Part shown: positions 27,301-38,533 of the stretch, piece after piece | How positions within the stretch are numbered: position 1 is the stretch's first letter | Layout of the letters: the number at the start of each line of letters is the position of its first letter | DNA from: Lingula anatina | Lineage: Eukaryota; Animalia; Brachiopoda | Assembly (NCBI GenBank): GCA_051362555.1 | Contig: CM120648.1 | Span: 7,560,587 to 7,624,586 of the forward strand | DNA: 64,000 bases | Reading direction: 5' to 3' | Position numbers and translations under genes: made by a program | The notes under the pieces: model-generated | Database searches by the model: none | The model's input: the letters and a program-made list of their open reading frames with translations, nothing else | Told to the model about the DNA's origin: nothing

Positions 27301-30300
27301 TCAGTTTCTGCAAGACTTTGGACTCTTTTGCTGACCATAAGATCACTGTGTGTCAAATAACACTTCTCAAATATGCCTGAAATATAAATATAGCTTACTA
27401 TAGACACATGAAAACACTTATCTGAAAGTTAATTGATACATTGATGAAAAATAAATTATTATCCCATTTGTCCATGTTTTATAAGTAAGGCATGGTTTCG
27501 AATATTAATTATGATGAGCCTAGCAATTTTGCCAAGACCAGCCCTAGCTTCAATCTAATTCCAATTGTTACCCTTAAATTTATTTTACCCAAGTACCATT
27601 AAACCTACATAAATACCCACACAAATATAGCTTAAAAGATAAAATTATCACAGGTCCTTAGGCTGCAATTTCATTATTTGAAAGGGGGCATTTTTCTTTT
27701 TAAAAAAATGGAGCGTTTACCATTAAAAAATTACACCTAGATCATTTTTCTGAGTGAACTTTTTTTCTGGATTTTAGCCTGTATTAAAATACAAACAAAC
27801 CCGTTTCTTACCTGAACCAAGTGGCATCAGTATATTCAAATGCCTTTTTGTCTACACTGACATCTTGTAGTGCCAGGGGCAGGTAGAACCGGCCGGGTAG
27901 CTCAGTAGGTAAGAGCACTCGCCCTGTAAGCGAGGGGTCCCGGGTTCGATTCCTGGCCTGGCTGGTGATTTTTCTGCACTCACCCCAAATCGCTACAATG
28001 GTGGCAGCGGTGTTGCGAGATAGGGCTCGCGTCTTTCGGCATTTGGGGGGGAGGAGTGTAGTGCCAGGGGCAGGTAGAACCGGCCGGGTAGCTCAGTAGG
28101 TAAGAGCACTCGCCCTGTAAGCGAGGGGTCCCGGGTTCGATTCCTGGTCTGGCTGGTGATTTTTCTGCACTCACCCCAAATCGCTACAATCTGCAAGTTA
28201 ATCCCATGACATATTTCGTTATAGGCTCGTTTTCCCCTGTGTGGATGGTTTCCAGCACAAACCAAGCCCATATCCCAGTGCTGGTCACATGGTGTAACCC
28301 ATTTATTCTCCCAAAGATACTTGAAAAAGTCCAATTGCTGTCATCGGATACAAAAGAATTCACACCTGACAAGAATCAGTGTGCTTTCGTAACTCACGCT
28401 GTTTTGCTTCACGTAAACGCGACGAAGATGACTGTTAATATCTCTGTTGCAATTTTTCAATACACTACATGTTTTTTTATATCTGTAGTCAGAGTATAAA
28501 CCACATGATATACGACTTCGTTGAGGAAGATTTGTAAACAAACAGTCTGCGATTTCCGCCATGTTGGATAATGACGTTGTGTTGTTCTGACGTTAGTACA
28601 TTAGTTTCACATGGTTTTAAAATGTGTTAGATGCTTGTTTTAACCAGAAAAAAATTAGAATAGGTAAAATGAAAATAAAAAGTTCAACTAACAGTGTTTT
28701 AAACCATTCGTTGACTTGAAAGAGATGGCTGAAGTTCAGTGCACCGATATACGTGTTCGGATATATTTACGAAAAATGAAGAAATTAGGTCATGTTCTAT
28801 CTGTTACAACGGACAAGTTGTAGAACAGCAGTAAGTTTTGGTTTCATGTATAAATAGATTAATGAGTTATCTGTTAGTCCTGAACACGCTTTACCCCAAA
28901 GACCTGTGAAGATGAAGATATTGTCAAAAATAGAAGGGGGGTGTTCAAAGCATGTGGTTTGTAGGCCTGAGAAAAACGCTTGGTTTGTTACCATGGAAAC
29001 AAAGAGAGTGGAAAAAGTGTATATCATTTTAATCCCCTATCTTTAGGTTATAATATATCACCAAACTAAATCATTTGGTGACACCTGTATAAACTTTAAG
29101 GCCAATCAATATAACCCTGTTTTTCAGAAGAATTTTTGGTTGATAAACCCCCCAAATTGTCACTGGCCATATCTCTGTAAGTAGGGATTTTTTTCAGGAA
29201 ATATTGCAGCCTCAGATATTGTTCATATAAAGGTTCAAACACACCAAATATGATGTAAATCCGTTCACCCCCACCTTGCCGCATTTTCTACATTTGGTTT
29301 GGTTTTCTCGTGGACACACACTTAAATTGAATTTGAACAAATTTTAGGCTAAATGCTTAAAAGATAAATTCTTTGGCTCGTTCTTTTGGGAATCAGACAC
29401 CAGTTCCAAGCGTAGGGTGGGTTAATGTCTGTATACCCCCTCTTAGCATCTTCATTGTTTCCGCTGTCTTGTTTTATTTTACGTACACTAAAACCATTCC
29501 AGATAGAGTGTAAATGCTCAGTAGCTTGTTCTAATTGCACCTCATTTCACTTATTTTATTTTATTTTTCTTCTGTAGAAATCTCAGAAACCCCAGTTACC
29601 TGTACTCATGCAGTATTGACTGAATTTTCACCTGTCTCAGAAGAAGATGTTTTAGCATTAATGAAAAGCATGAATTCTAAATCTTCTGCCTTAGATCCTG
29701 TGCCAACACATATTATCAAAGAGTGCATTACTGTTCTGGTCCCAGTTATTTTAAAGATAGTGAATCTCTCTTTTACAACAGGCATCTTCCCATCCAACTG
29801 CAAAACAGCAATTGTTAGACCCTTGTTAAAAAAAACAAGGCCTGTGCAAACAAGTGTTTAAAAATTATCGACCAATATCAAACTTGCCCTTCTTAGGGAA
29901 GTTTCTTGAGAAAATGGCATGTATACAATTGAATAACTATCTAACTCATAACAGTCTATATGGCAAGTTTCAATCAGCTTATAGAGAAGGACATAGCACA
30001 GAAACAGCTCTCCTAAGGGTTCATAATGACATCATGCTTTCCTTAGACAAACAAAAAGATGTTATTTTAGTCCTTTTAGATCTGTCTGCTGCATTCGACA
30101 CCATTGACCACAACATACTTCTGCACAGACTACAGTACCGATTTGGAGTAAATGATTTAGCACTTAATTGGTTAACCTCATATTTAAAAGATCGAACACA
30201 AAAGGTGTCAATTGAGTCGTTGCTATCAGAACCCACTATTTTAGAGTATGGTGTCCCTCGGGGTCTGTGCTAGGTCCATTGCTCTTCCCATTGTATATGC

Positions 30301-31444
30301 TACCAATAGAAGGCATTATAGTTAAACATGGTCTCAACACTGACATTTTTGCTGATGACACTCAAATTTATGTCACAAGTGAAAGTAATCGCTCCATGGC
30401 TATCACCTCAATAGAAACTTGTCTAGTTGAGATCCGGAATTGGATGAAAACAAACATGCTAGCACTAAATGATGGAAAAACTGAACTAATATGGTTTACA
30501 TCAAGGTCTAGGTCAGACAGTGGAAATGCAATGAAATCTGATATTTGTATCGGTGGTGTCAACATCAACATCATCCATCATGTGAAAGATTTAGGTGTCA
30601 CCTTTGATCAGTATGCAACTATGGATAGACGGATCTCTGAAATTTGCAAATCGGCATCATACTCACTTTGGCGAATTAGTAAGATACGTGACTTACTGGA
30701 CAAAACTTCAACTGAAAAACTAGTCCATGCTTTCATTACTTCTAAGCTTGATTATTGCAACAGTCTCTTATATGGTTTAGGCAAAAATCATCTGAACAAA
30801 CTTCAATTAATTCAAAATTCTGCAGCTAGGCTGGTAACTAAAATGGGATGGAACAGCCGAGAGCATATAACACCTGTTTTGATGGAACTTCACTGGCTTC
30901 CAGTAAGAGAATTTTATTTAAAATTTTATGTGTCATTTTTAAAGCAGTCACTGAGAATAAACCACTTTATATCTCAGAACTTATGAAGCAACATCAGCAT
31001 GGAAGAGTTACCAACTTTTAGTCATTTACTTTTAGAACACAGTGTCTTAGAGAAAAAAGCTGGTAAATTTTACTGTGAAAGGGCATTTATGATATGTACA
31101 CCCAAAGTTTGGAACACCTTACCCTCTGAAATACGAGCAGCAGGTGTCATAGATACTTTTAAAAAGCTTCTGAAGACTCATATTTTTAGAATAGCCTATC
31201 AGTAACTATCATATAGTTAATTTTTAGTTTTTAATAAGGTGTACTGTAATTTTATGATCAATTTTAAATGTTGTCACTTTAGTTTCTTATCATTTTAGAA
31301 TATGAAATAATTGGTTCTTTAAATTAGTTCTTAGTCCTTTAAAATTGTAATGTGTTCTTATACTAGTACTGTGACATTTAGCTCTTTTAAGTGAATGTTG
31401 TAAGGCGCATTGAGATTTTTAATGGAATGCGCCATAGAAAAATA

Positions 31445-31480
<36 letters not shown>

Positions 31481-33769
31481 TATTTTTTTTTTATCGGTAT
31501 TGGCTTTTCTTAAGAAGTCTTGTTAAATATGGTATATGGAATAAAAACGGTTAACAGTTGTCATGTAACATCTGTAAAGAAAAACGCACGTGTACAGCAC
31601 TGAGGTGGGACAACCTTCTTGACCGGAGTATATTCTTGGTATATGGAAGTGGATCCATTTCCTTGAAGTGTGACAACCGGTGGCAGCTACCGGTTACGGA
31701 ACACATACTGACCTTTACTGGTGACATATTTCCTTGAAGTGTGACAACCGATGGCAGCTACCGGTTACGGAACACATACTTAACTGTCCTTTATTGGAGT
31801 CAAGTTCCCTTGAAATTTGACAACCGATGGCAGCTGGCAGTTACGGAACACACACACAATTCTTTATTGGTGTCATTTTCTCTTTATAATAAGAGAGAAG
31901 CCCGTCTTTGGTTCCTGATTCAAACCCGATTGCAGTGCTACCTGTACTATTGCAATGTGCACAAACGGGTACATTCTTAGGACCACTCGCCATTCGCGTG
32001 GTGGCCGTGAAAAATGATTGAAAGTCTGCTTTCCCACTTCTGCCAACCGCAATGTTGGTGTACAAAATAGTATTTTGAACGTTAAATTCAAGGTTCTGTT
32101 TTTGATTAAAAATGCTGTAAAAACCAATGTATTTTTCTACAATATGTATACTTTACCTGTTGAAACCGTGTGTTCTACCAATTCATTTTACGAACTATCT
32201 TAGAGCCCTACTCGTCCTTTGGGCGGGAACTTTTCTAGTTGGATATTAAAATCATTCCAGATAGCGTGTAAATACTCAGATGCTTCTTCTAGTTACGTTT
32301 GCAACTTTTTCCCAATCAAGGGATTTAAACACCATAACCGAAAGTAGGGGCCTACGTTTATTAGATTGAGAACTCTGGCCTTTGAATTGTCTGTTTTACT
32401 CACTGAATATTTACATAATATATGCACAGAGTAACTACATTTCACGTTTACGAAATGTGCCCGGCCCATAAAATATATCATATTGTAGCACAGGTGCCCT
32501 GAGTATAATTATGACCGGATTTCCCACCAGTGTCTCCCTAGCTCATAATGCTAGCACTCGGGAAATTCAGAAAACATGAATACATGGGTAACAGAGCGAA
32601 TTTCTTTCATTAGGTATCCGTAGATATTTTCTGGCTATTCAATGCACATTTCTGTAGACAAAATTTTATTGGGGAAAAAAGAGATCACCCAGTTTGTCTC
32701 TGGTGGAGAGAGTAGCTATAAAAAACAGTGTCTGACCCAACTTGGATTCCATTTGTTTTTTGTCGTACCGTCAAGGGATCCATTTTCGTTCCCTAATATG
32801 AAATCGTGCGCAGCTAGTTACATGTAGAACCATGCTTTGCTGGAATTCCTCGTCTAATACTAGCCACTTGGCAACTTTGTCAAGCAAATCAAGTTTTCTT
32901 TTTTGCCATAGATGGCCTTCTATTTCTCTTTTATTTTTTCTGTTGTATACTATATATTTTTATTTTACTTATTTTCATTTTCTGTTACGTGCTTCCTGAA
33001 TTCAATGAATTTTACGTTTTATTTCAGCGATCCGTACAGCTACTCGGAGTCATACCAGGACTCAAGTGTTACAGTCCCCGATGAGCGATGGCTAGCTGGC
33101 AGAAAGCGAGAAAAATATCGTGGAGGAGACCACCGCCCTCTTGAGCGACCGCTGATAACTGGAGCCACGTCTGATGACCTTGACTCCTCAAATAGCTACT
33201 CCTATGAAAGTTCACGAGATCGAGGTCGCCAGGTCAAGGTCGTGACATCTCCTGGACGAAAAACAGAAATTCCAATGGCCAAAATGCGCCAAAAACACGA
33301 ACGCCACAAAGATTACCACCGCCGCCTAACAGAGAGCGCACTTGCCCAGCATAGAAATAAACACGGTTACCCTAGTGGTAGATATCCTCGAAATGATGTA
33401 AAGAAGTTGGAGAAAATAGACGAATGGGCAAAAGATCAAGCACGAGAAAGATATCGTCTGCCCTACTATCCAGAAACTCTCGCGAGGCAACGTTCTAACG
33501 AGAACTTGATAAAAAATATTAAAACAGGTCAACTTGAATTAATCAGAGAAACGCAGTCATGGCAAAATGAATACATGCTATCAAAATACGATTTGATATT
33601 TTGCGCGAAAAAACTTTTGAGAGGAGAGGTCGATTTCACAAATGAGTTCAGTTTGAACTCGAAGGAAAGCGCTGTTGTCGAAAAGACCCAGCTCGAAGCA
33701 AGAGGGCTCCCTTTCGATGCTCTAATTGAAAAGCTGCATATTATAGACATCGACAAAGGTGAAATATAG
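24347..33769 (+). CDS. Uncharacterised hydrophilic protein (~291 aa), two-exon model
   Basis: Exon A is 24347-24480 (MPNRRNQRGTFKNTDKHPARRHDSPQDDSISQVVLYDKNSTRKT; strong donor GG|gtaagt, phase 2). It joins in frame to exon B, 33028-33769 (acceptor ttttatttcag|C, phase 2; DPYSYSESYQDSS...HIIDIDKGEI*), an open 247-codon frame in AT-rich DNA. A CCAAT motif lies at ~24165. I recognise no domain. Exon B is well supported; the join is inferred. Confidence 0.6.
27891..27964 (+). tRNA. tRNA-like cloverleaf inside 5' LTR (anticodon position TGT, Thr-like; probably a Pol III promoter rather than a decoding tRNA)
   Basis: Acceptor stem GGCCGGG/CCTGGCT, D arm GCTC-AGTAGGTAA-GAGC, anticodon arm CTCGC-CCTGTAA-GCGAG, T arm CCGGG-TTCGATT-CCTGG. 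A box TAGCTCAGTAGG and B box GGTTCGATTCC are intact. Position 33 is C instead of the near-invariant U. Confidence 0.7.
28082..28155 (+). tRNA. Second copy of the tRNA-like cloverleaf inside 3' LTR
   Basis: Same sequence as 27891-27964 except one C>T change in the 3' acceptor strand. Confidence 0.65.
29575..31480 (+). mobile_element. 5'-truncated, frameshifted non-LTR retrotransposon (L2/CR1 group), reverse-transcriptase region
   Basis: Consecutive ORF pieces 29535-29861, 29854-30273, 30267-30986 and 30999-31205 carry RT motifs NYRPISNLPFLGK, QSAYR..HSTETAL, LLDLSAAFDT, GVP../LGPLLF, FADD, LDYCNSLL and HITPVL..LHWLPV. A 3' stem-loop (gcgcatt...aatgcgc, ~31406-31431) is followed by an (AAT)n tail. 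The 5' boundary is approximate. Confidence 0.9.
31658..31878. repeat. Minisatellite, three ~70-77-bp units
   Basis: The core ccttgaa(g/a)t(g/t)tgacaaccg(g/a)tggcagct..c.gttacggaacaca recurs at about 31662, 31732 and 31808. Confidence 0.8.
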
Positions 33770-35243
33770 TATATGAGAAATAAGCTGAATATGCAGTGTA
33801 GTATTTTGCCATTTGTGAATGAAAAACGTCTTATTTGGTTTAAAATGTTTTTGAATTCTATTTCAATAGGCCTACAATCATTAGCCTATAATTTTTTTGC
33901 GATTCTTAAAGATCAGAACCAATGTTTTTTTTTTAACTTCTGAATTAAACAATACATTGTGAAAACACTTGACGACTTCTGTTTTACTACCTACATAGGC
34001 CTATACGCACCTACTTTAGGCCTACCATAGGCTCAGTTGTGTCTATAATTTAAATTATAAAATCATTTTGCATAGATAAAAAATCTATAGTTATATGCTG
34101 CAAAGTTCATAGCTTAGCCTACATGTGCAATTGCTAGTAATAATTAATAAGGAGTCAAATAAGTAAAAGTACGGGGAGTTATTGAGTGCAAGTTTATTTC
34201 CTCAAATGTCAACGTGTATGCAACATGAGAATGGAAAATTTCCGGTAATCACGCAGTAGACATTGGAAAGAAAACCAGTAATTATAAACGCTTGATCAGT
34301 ACGGGAAAATACAGAAAAAATACTTGTAAATTTGTATGAAAAGTCCGTCAGTGAATAACCGTTTGAAAGTTCCAACTCCCCATCGTCCTCACTATAATAA
34401 TAGCTATATGCACAGTGTTAAGTTGACATCCATTATTTTCTAGTAGGCCTACCAAAGAGTAGGCCTATCGATGTTCCCGAGGGACAGCTCTCCCCGAATT
34501 TTTATCCACTGTAAATGGTTAATTTTCCTTCAGAAATTAATAGATTCATTTTTTTCATCATTTCCGCGAATAATAATTCCAGAGGCGGACATTTGAAAAT
34601 TGGTTCCCTTTTCTGTCCAAATCAAGTTTTTGATTTGTTTCCTCAAGTTTTCAGGACCTCGTAATCTACGATCAAATGTTTGTTTCCATTTTTTACATAA
34701 TTGCACTCAGGATTATCAGAAAGTTTATATTCAAACAGAGGGCCGAAGCATTTTGTCCCTACAATTCTATGAATGCATCTTAAGTTGAACCATCATATCA
34801 GCCAGGGGACGATTGTAACTTAAATTCCATGTTATCGCTTTTTTTTTTGTTTGAAGGACCTATTCCATTGTATTAATTGATTGATCTATTTTGAGCTTCG
34901 TATAATTTTATTTTTGATAAATATCTCATACATTTCGCTACAACCTCTTTTTTTTTTTTTTATATAAAATCATAATTGATTTTGGTATAACCGGGTTTTA
35001 AACTTTCTGTATATCATTTTTTTAATCGGGAAACGCTGTATAGATAACGTTCCTTAGGTCATAATATAAAATAGAGCATGTTTCTTATGCATTTGTGATT
35101 TCTTCATATCAAAACACGTGTGCACGCTGTCGTTTAAATCAAGCAAGTCACGCGCAACCTTGAAGCCTTTCTCATATTATAGTAACCAACCAAAATACCC
35201 GGGTTATTGACTTATTCCACAATGGATCATTTTTAATTTAATA

Positions 35244-35698
35244 CAGAGTTATTAGGGAACATAATAAATCCAAGGACTTTCAAGGACATTTGAGGATCTA
35301 ATTCAAGTACTTTTCAAGGACTTTCTGAATACAACTGGGATCAATGGGCTGCCATTTATTAGTGTACACACATAGAAAAAGGAAAAGTTGTGTGCCATAT
35401 TAACTTTGTGATTTGATTTAACACGTTAATGATGAAACTTGAAAAGGGTAAAATTAAACGCTGTCCGAAAAGGTATCCCCCTCCGTTCTTAGAATTATTG
35501 TCTACATTCAGGTAAAAAAAAATGAAATAATTTTGACAAAATAACTTGGTAGTCATTTCAAGTACTTTCCTCGGACAAAAATGAGGGAATACAAGTCCTT
35601 TTCAACGCTAATAGCAATTCCGGGTACTTTTTAAGGCCACAAACTGAATTCAAGACACAGGGTAAAATTCAAGCACTTTTTAAGGCTGTATGAACCCC
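35244..35698. mobile_element. Degenerate hAT-type MITE
   Basis: Repeated sub-terminal motifs caaggactttcaaggac / ttcaagtacttttcaaggac / ttcaagcacttttt and a gtatgaaccc end resemble CAGGGTTC...GAACCCTG elements. The left end is degenerate. Confidence 0.45.
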
Positions 35699-38207
35699 AT
35701 GAAGAGAAAAGCAAATTCTGTTTGTAAAAATAAATTATTTAGCTGGTAACTGTGTCAACACTTACGTAAATGATAGCAGGCACAAGCAAGTGCTTAAGCT
35801 TTGGAAGAACGGCCTTGTGAGGAATTCTTGGCTTTTTATCAGAAGTAGGCCTACGGAAAGGTAGAAAATAAAACCTTAAAAATAGGACTTCACTGCAAAA
35901 TTAAGAAACGTTTTATGACAACGAACGCCTCCCAACACCCCAACACACCCATGCATTATGTGTCAGTTTCAGGATAATAAGTGACACACATATCGCTTTT
36001 TACATTAAAAAAAAAAAAAAAAAAAAAAGAGGAGGAGAGGAAGATTTCACAGGCCAGTAGTTCGATTTGAACACAAACAAAAGCGTTGTTATTTAACATT
36101 TGCAAAAGAGCCCCCCTCTAATTTTAACGCTGCATATCATACATTCGACCAAAAAAGTTCGGAAACATCATTATTTTGAATAATTATAAAATAACCATAT
36201 GAGCTGATCCACCCACCATTCGTTACTTTTTATATACATTCCCGTTTTTTTAATTATAGAAAAACAATCTTATGTTTCTGAACATTTTGGTCGAGTGTAG
36301 ATTTCGACAGGCGAAACATAGCATATAAGAAATCGCTTTTTAGATGCAATGTAACATATAGACATTGGTGAATGAAAACATATCTTATTTCACATACACT
36401 GTATTTGATTTCTATTTCAATATAACCATTATAAAGTACCCGATAAAGTCCAAACCATCACCAAAATGCAGTGGAAAACGCTCTATTTCGGCAAGCAAGT
36501 CTGCAAAACACCGACTTCATGAATTTAGCTGATAATTGTATTAACACTTTAGCATTTATAAGCATGCACAAACATGTGCTAAGGCTAGAAATTATTGGCT
36601 GTTTATCAGAAGTATAGGAACTCAAGTTAAAACATATCTTTAAAAAATAAAAAATAAAATCTATCAAAATAGGACATTTATTGCAAAAGTATCGCGAAGA
36701 GGGATTTATTTCATTACGACAATGGTCTCCCAATATCACTAAAACCATTTTAAATTCTGTAGCACAAAGTACGTGTACAAGGAATGCATTTCAGTTAATG
36801 ATTTTAATAATTCCAACTTCAAGTAGACACAGATTACTTTTACGTATCTACGTGTAGGAGGCATGACGCACAGCAGCCGGACAAACGGTCCTTTAGGGTC
36901 TCTAGAAGCAATTTTCCCTCACGTTCTCCATTAATATTTTGTCTCACAGTAGACATGAATTCATATAAAACTATAGCCAGACCATGAGAATAGGATAAAT
37001 TGGGATTTTTTCAAAAAGAAAGTGCGAATAGGAATACAAAGGTTCATGGAGATAATAAGGAACTTGACACCCTGGACGTAATAATCTCTACTAAAATCTA
37101 CTTAAAACTGCGCTGATATAAATATGTCTGGAACACCTACTCAAGCTGCTATGGGGTAATTAACGATAGTCAATTACCATCTACTTACTTACGGGGGCGT
37201 GTCAGACAATTAAGCTGATAATACTGAAAGAACTTTACACCCAAACACAATATAGAGGTGCAAGTGAGGTAAAAAAAAAAAACCGCTTAAAAATATTCAG
37301 TGCACAGCATACAGACTATGTTTGATTATTTCGGGGCTCCACATGCAGCAGTCTGTATCAAAGTTTTACACTCCTGGAACCATGAATAATAAAAAATAAT
37401 TCATCGTCTAACACCCAAAAAGGAACACACGTTACTGTCACAAATGCAAAAAGTCCAGCTGTGGAAACGTTTTACTCACTTTGGTTTTATTTTTTTTATT
37501 TATCTCCTACAACTATAAGTTTTAAAAAATTTGATGATCTTCTGTTTAGAGCAGTTAATTTTTTGAGCGACTTACGTTTGCTTGTCACCTAATATTGAAA
37601 AAGTGGCAAAACACACCCTTTTGACAGTAAAATAATCATGAAATATACTCATTTCCCATTTGTGCTCCAAAATTGTATCAGGAATGTCAAACTATCATGG
37701 AATCAAATACATTTTTCAGTCAGCAACAGAAATTGAAAAAGCCAATGTCTAAAAAAGAAACGCTCAACTAAGAAAAAAATAACCAGCCAGTCAATTTTGA
37801 TGCAATATCTTACCAATGCTGTTTAACAGATAAATCACCACCAATTTGAAATTAATTACTATTACTTACGTGCATATTCAGAAAATGTAACTGCCTTCTG
37901 GATCAAGGCCCAAAGAGGCTCCACTAAAAATACCAATAAGTGGAAAAAAAATGACTTCAAGAAAAATAATCCATTAGAGCTGCTATTTAAACTTGACCTG
38001 TAAGTTTGAAGATGTGTGGCATGCTTTCCCATTTAATGCTTTGATAGTAAAAAGTGCACAGCTAAGCTAACAATGACACCGATGACAAACAGATGGTGAT
38101 GGGTATACGTTCAAACATACCGTATCTGTACATAAAACAGGCAAACTTGAATAAATCTGAGAGCGATGTTCATGGGCAATTGAATATACACTGTCCAAAT
38201 GATTTAA

Positions 38208-38401
38208 AGGGATAACAACTGTTCATATGATATCCATATTTCACAATAAATGCATTGTAAACAACTCATAGAATTTTAGTAAATTCTATTTAACCACTAA
38301 AATGGTGGTTAAGGCAATTATTCTGGAATTTGTGGTTGCCATCACATCGCATGACCTCTATAGCTTACTACACTCTGTAATAATCTCTTAAGAGAATATT
38401 A

Positions 38402-38450
<49 letters not shown>

Positions 38451-38533
38451 TTAGGGGAAAAAAAAAAAAACAGGGATTGTTATCGTTTACCCCAGGAAAA
38501 TTCACTTTTTGGCCAAAATGAACAGTTATCCCC
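38208..38533 (+). mobile_element. Second full-length copy of the TTAA/AGGGATAA MITE family
   Basis: ttaa|AGGGATAAC ... GTTATCCCC|ttaa, colinear with 17901-18236, with an internal poly(A) expansion. Confidence 0.7.

Larger units (their letters stand above)
27866..28188 (+). mobile_element. TRIM (miniature non-autonomous LTR retrotransposon) with tRNA-containing LTRs; Helenus-like
   Basis: Two 132-bp LTRs (27866-27997 and 28057-28188) run TGTAG...CTACA and differ at one position. The PBS TGGTGGCAGCGGT is at 27999-28011 and the polypurine tract GGGGGGGAGGAG at 28045-28056 abuts LTR2. A 4-bp TSD ATCT lies at 27862-27865 and 28189-28192. The internal region is 59 bp. Confidence 0.92.
25211..29321 (-). 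mobile_element. Degenerate DNA transposon with TTAA target site (Sola3-like, tentative) carrying transposase remnants
   Basis: TTAA lies at both 25207-25210 and 29322-29325. Imperfect TIRs: gagcttgtccacgagagaacc...ggcaaggtgggggtcagcggattt on the left versus gtgtgtgtccacgagaaaacc...ggcaaggtgggggtgaacggattt (reverse complement of the right end). Broken minus-strand reading frames remain: a Cys/His-rich N-terminus (28562-28341), HVQYVNESHNITNAEEMHEAL (~27250), and FLLKEFRRAQETG..VSMKMR (~26650). The superfamily call rests on my recollection of motifs plus TTAA and a GAG terminus. Confidence 0.65.

Noticed and set aside
27891-28155. Two genuine tandem tRNA-Thr genes or a dimeric SINE
   Set aside because: The duplicated unit extends beyond the tRNA to TG...CA ends and is accompanied by a PBS, a PPT and a 4-bp TSD. 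C33 is also non-canonical. A miniature LTR element explains all of this better.
31658-31878. CRISPR-like repeat-spacer array
   Set aside because: The context is eukaryotic, there are only three degenerate units, the linkers resemble each other, and no cas genes are present.
32912-33027. Hydrophobic N-terminus of the 285-aa ORF as a signal or transmembrane segment
   Set aside because: It is the T-rich polypyrimidine end of an intron, ending at the acceptor ttcag (33027).
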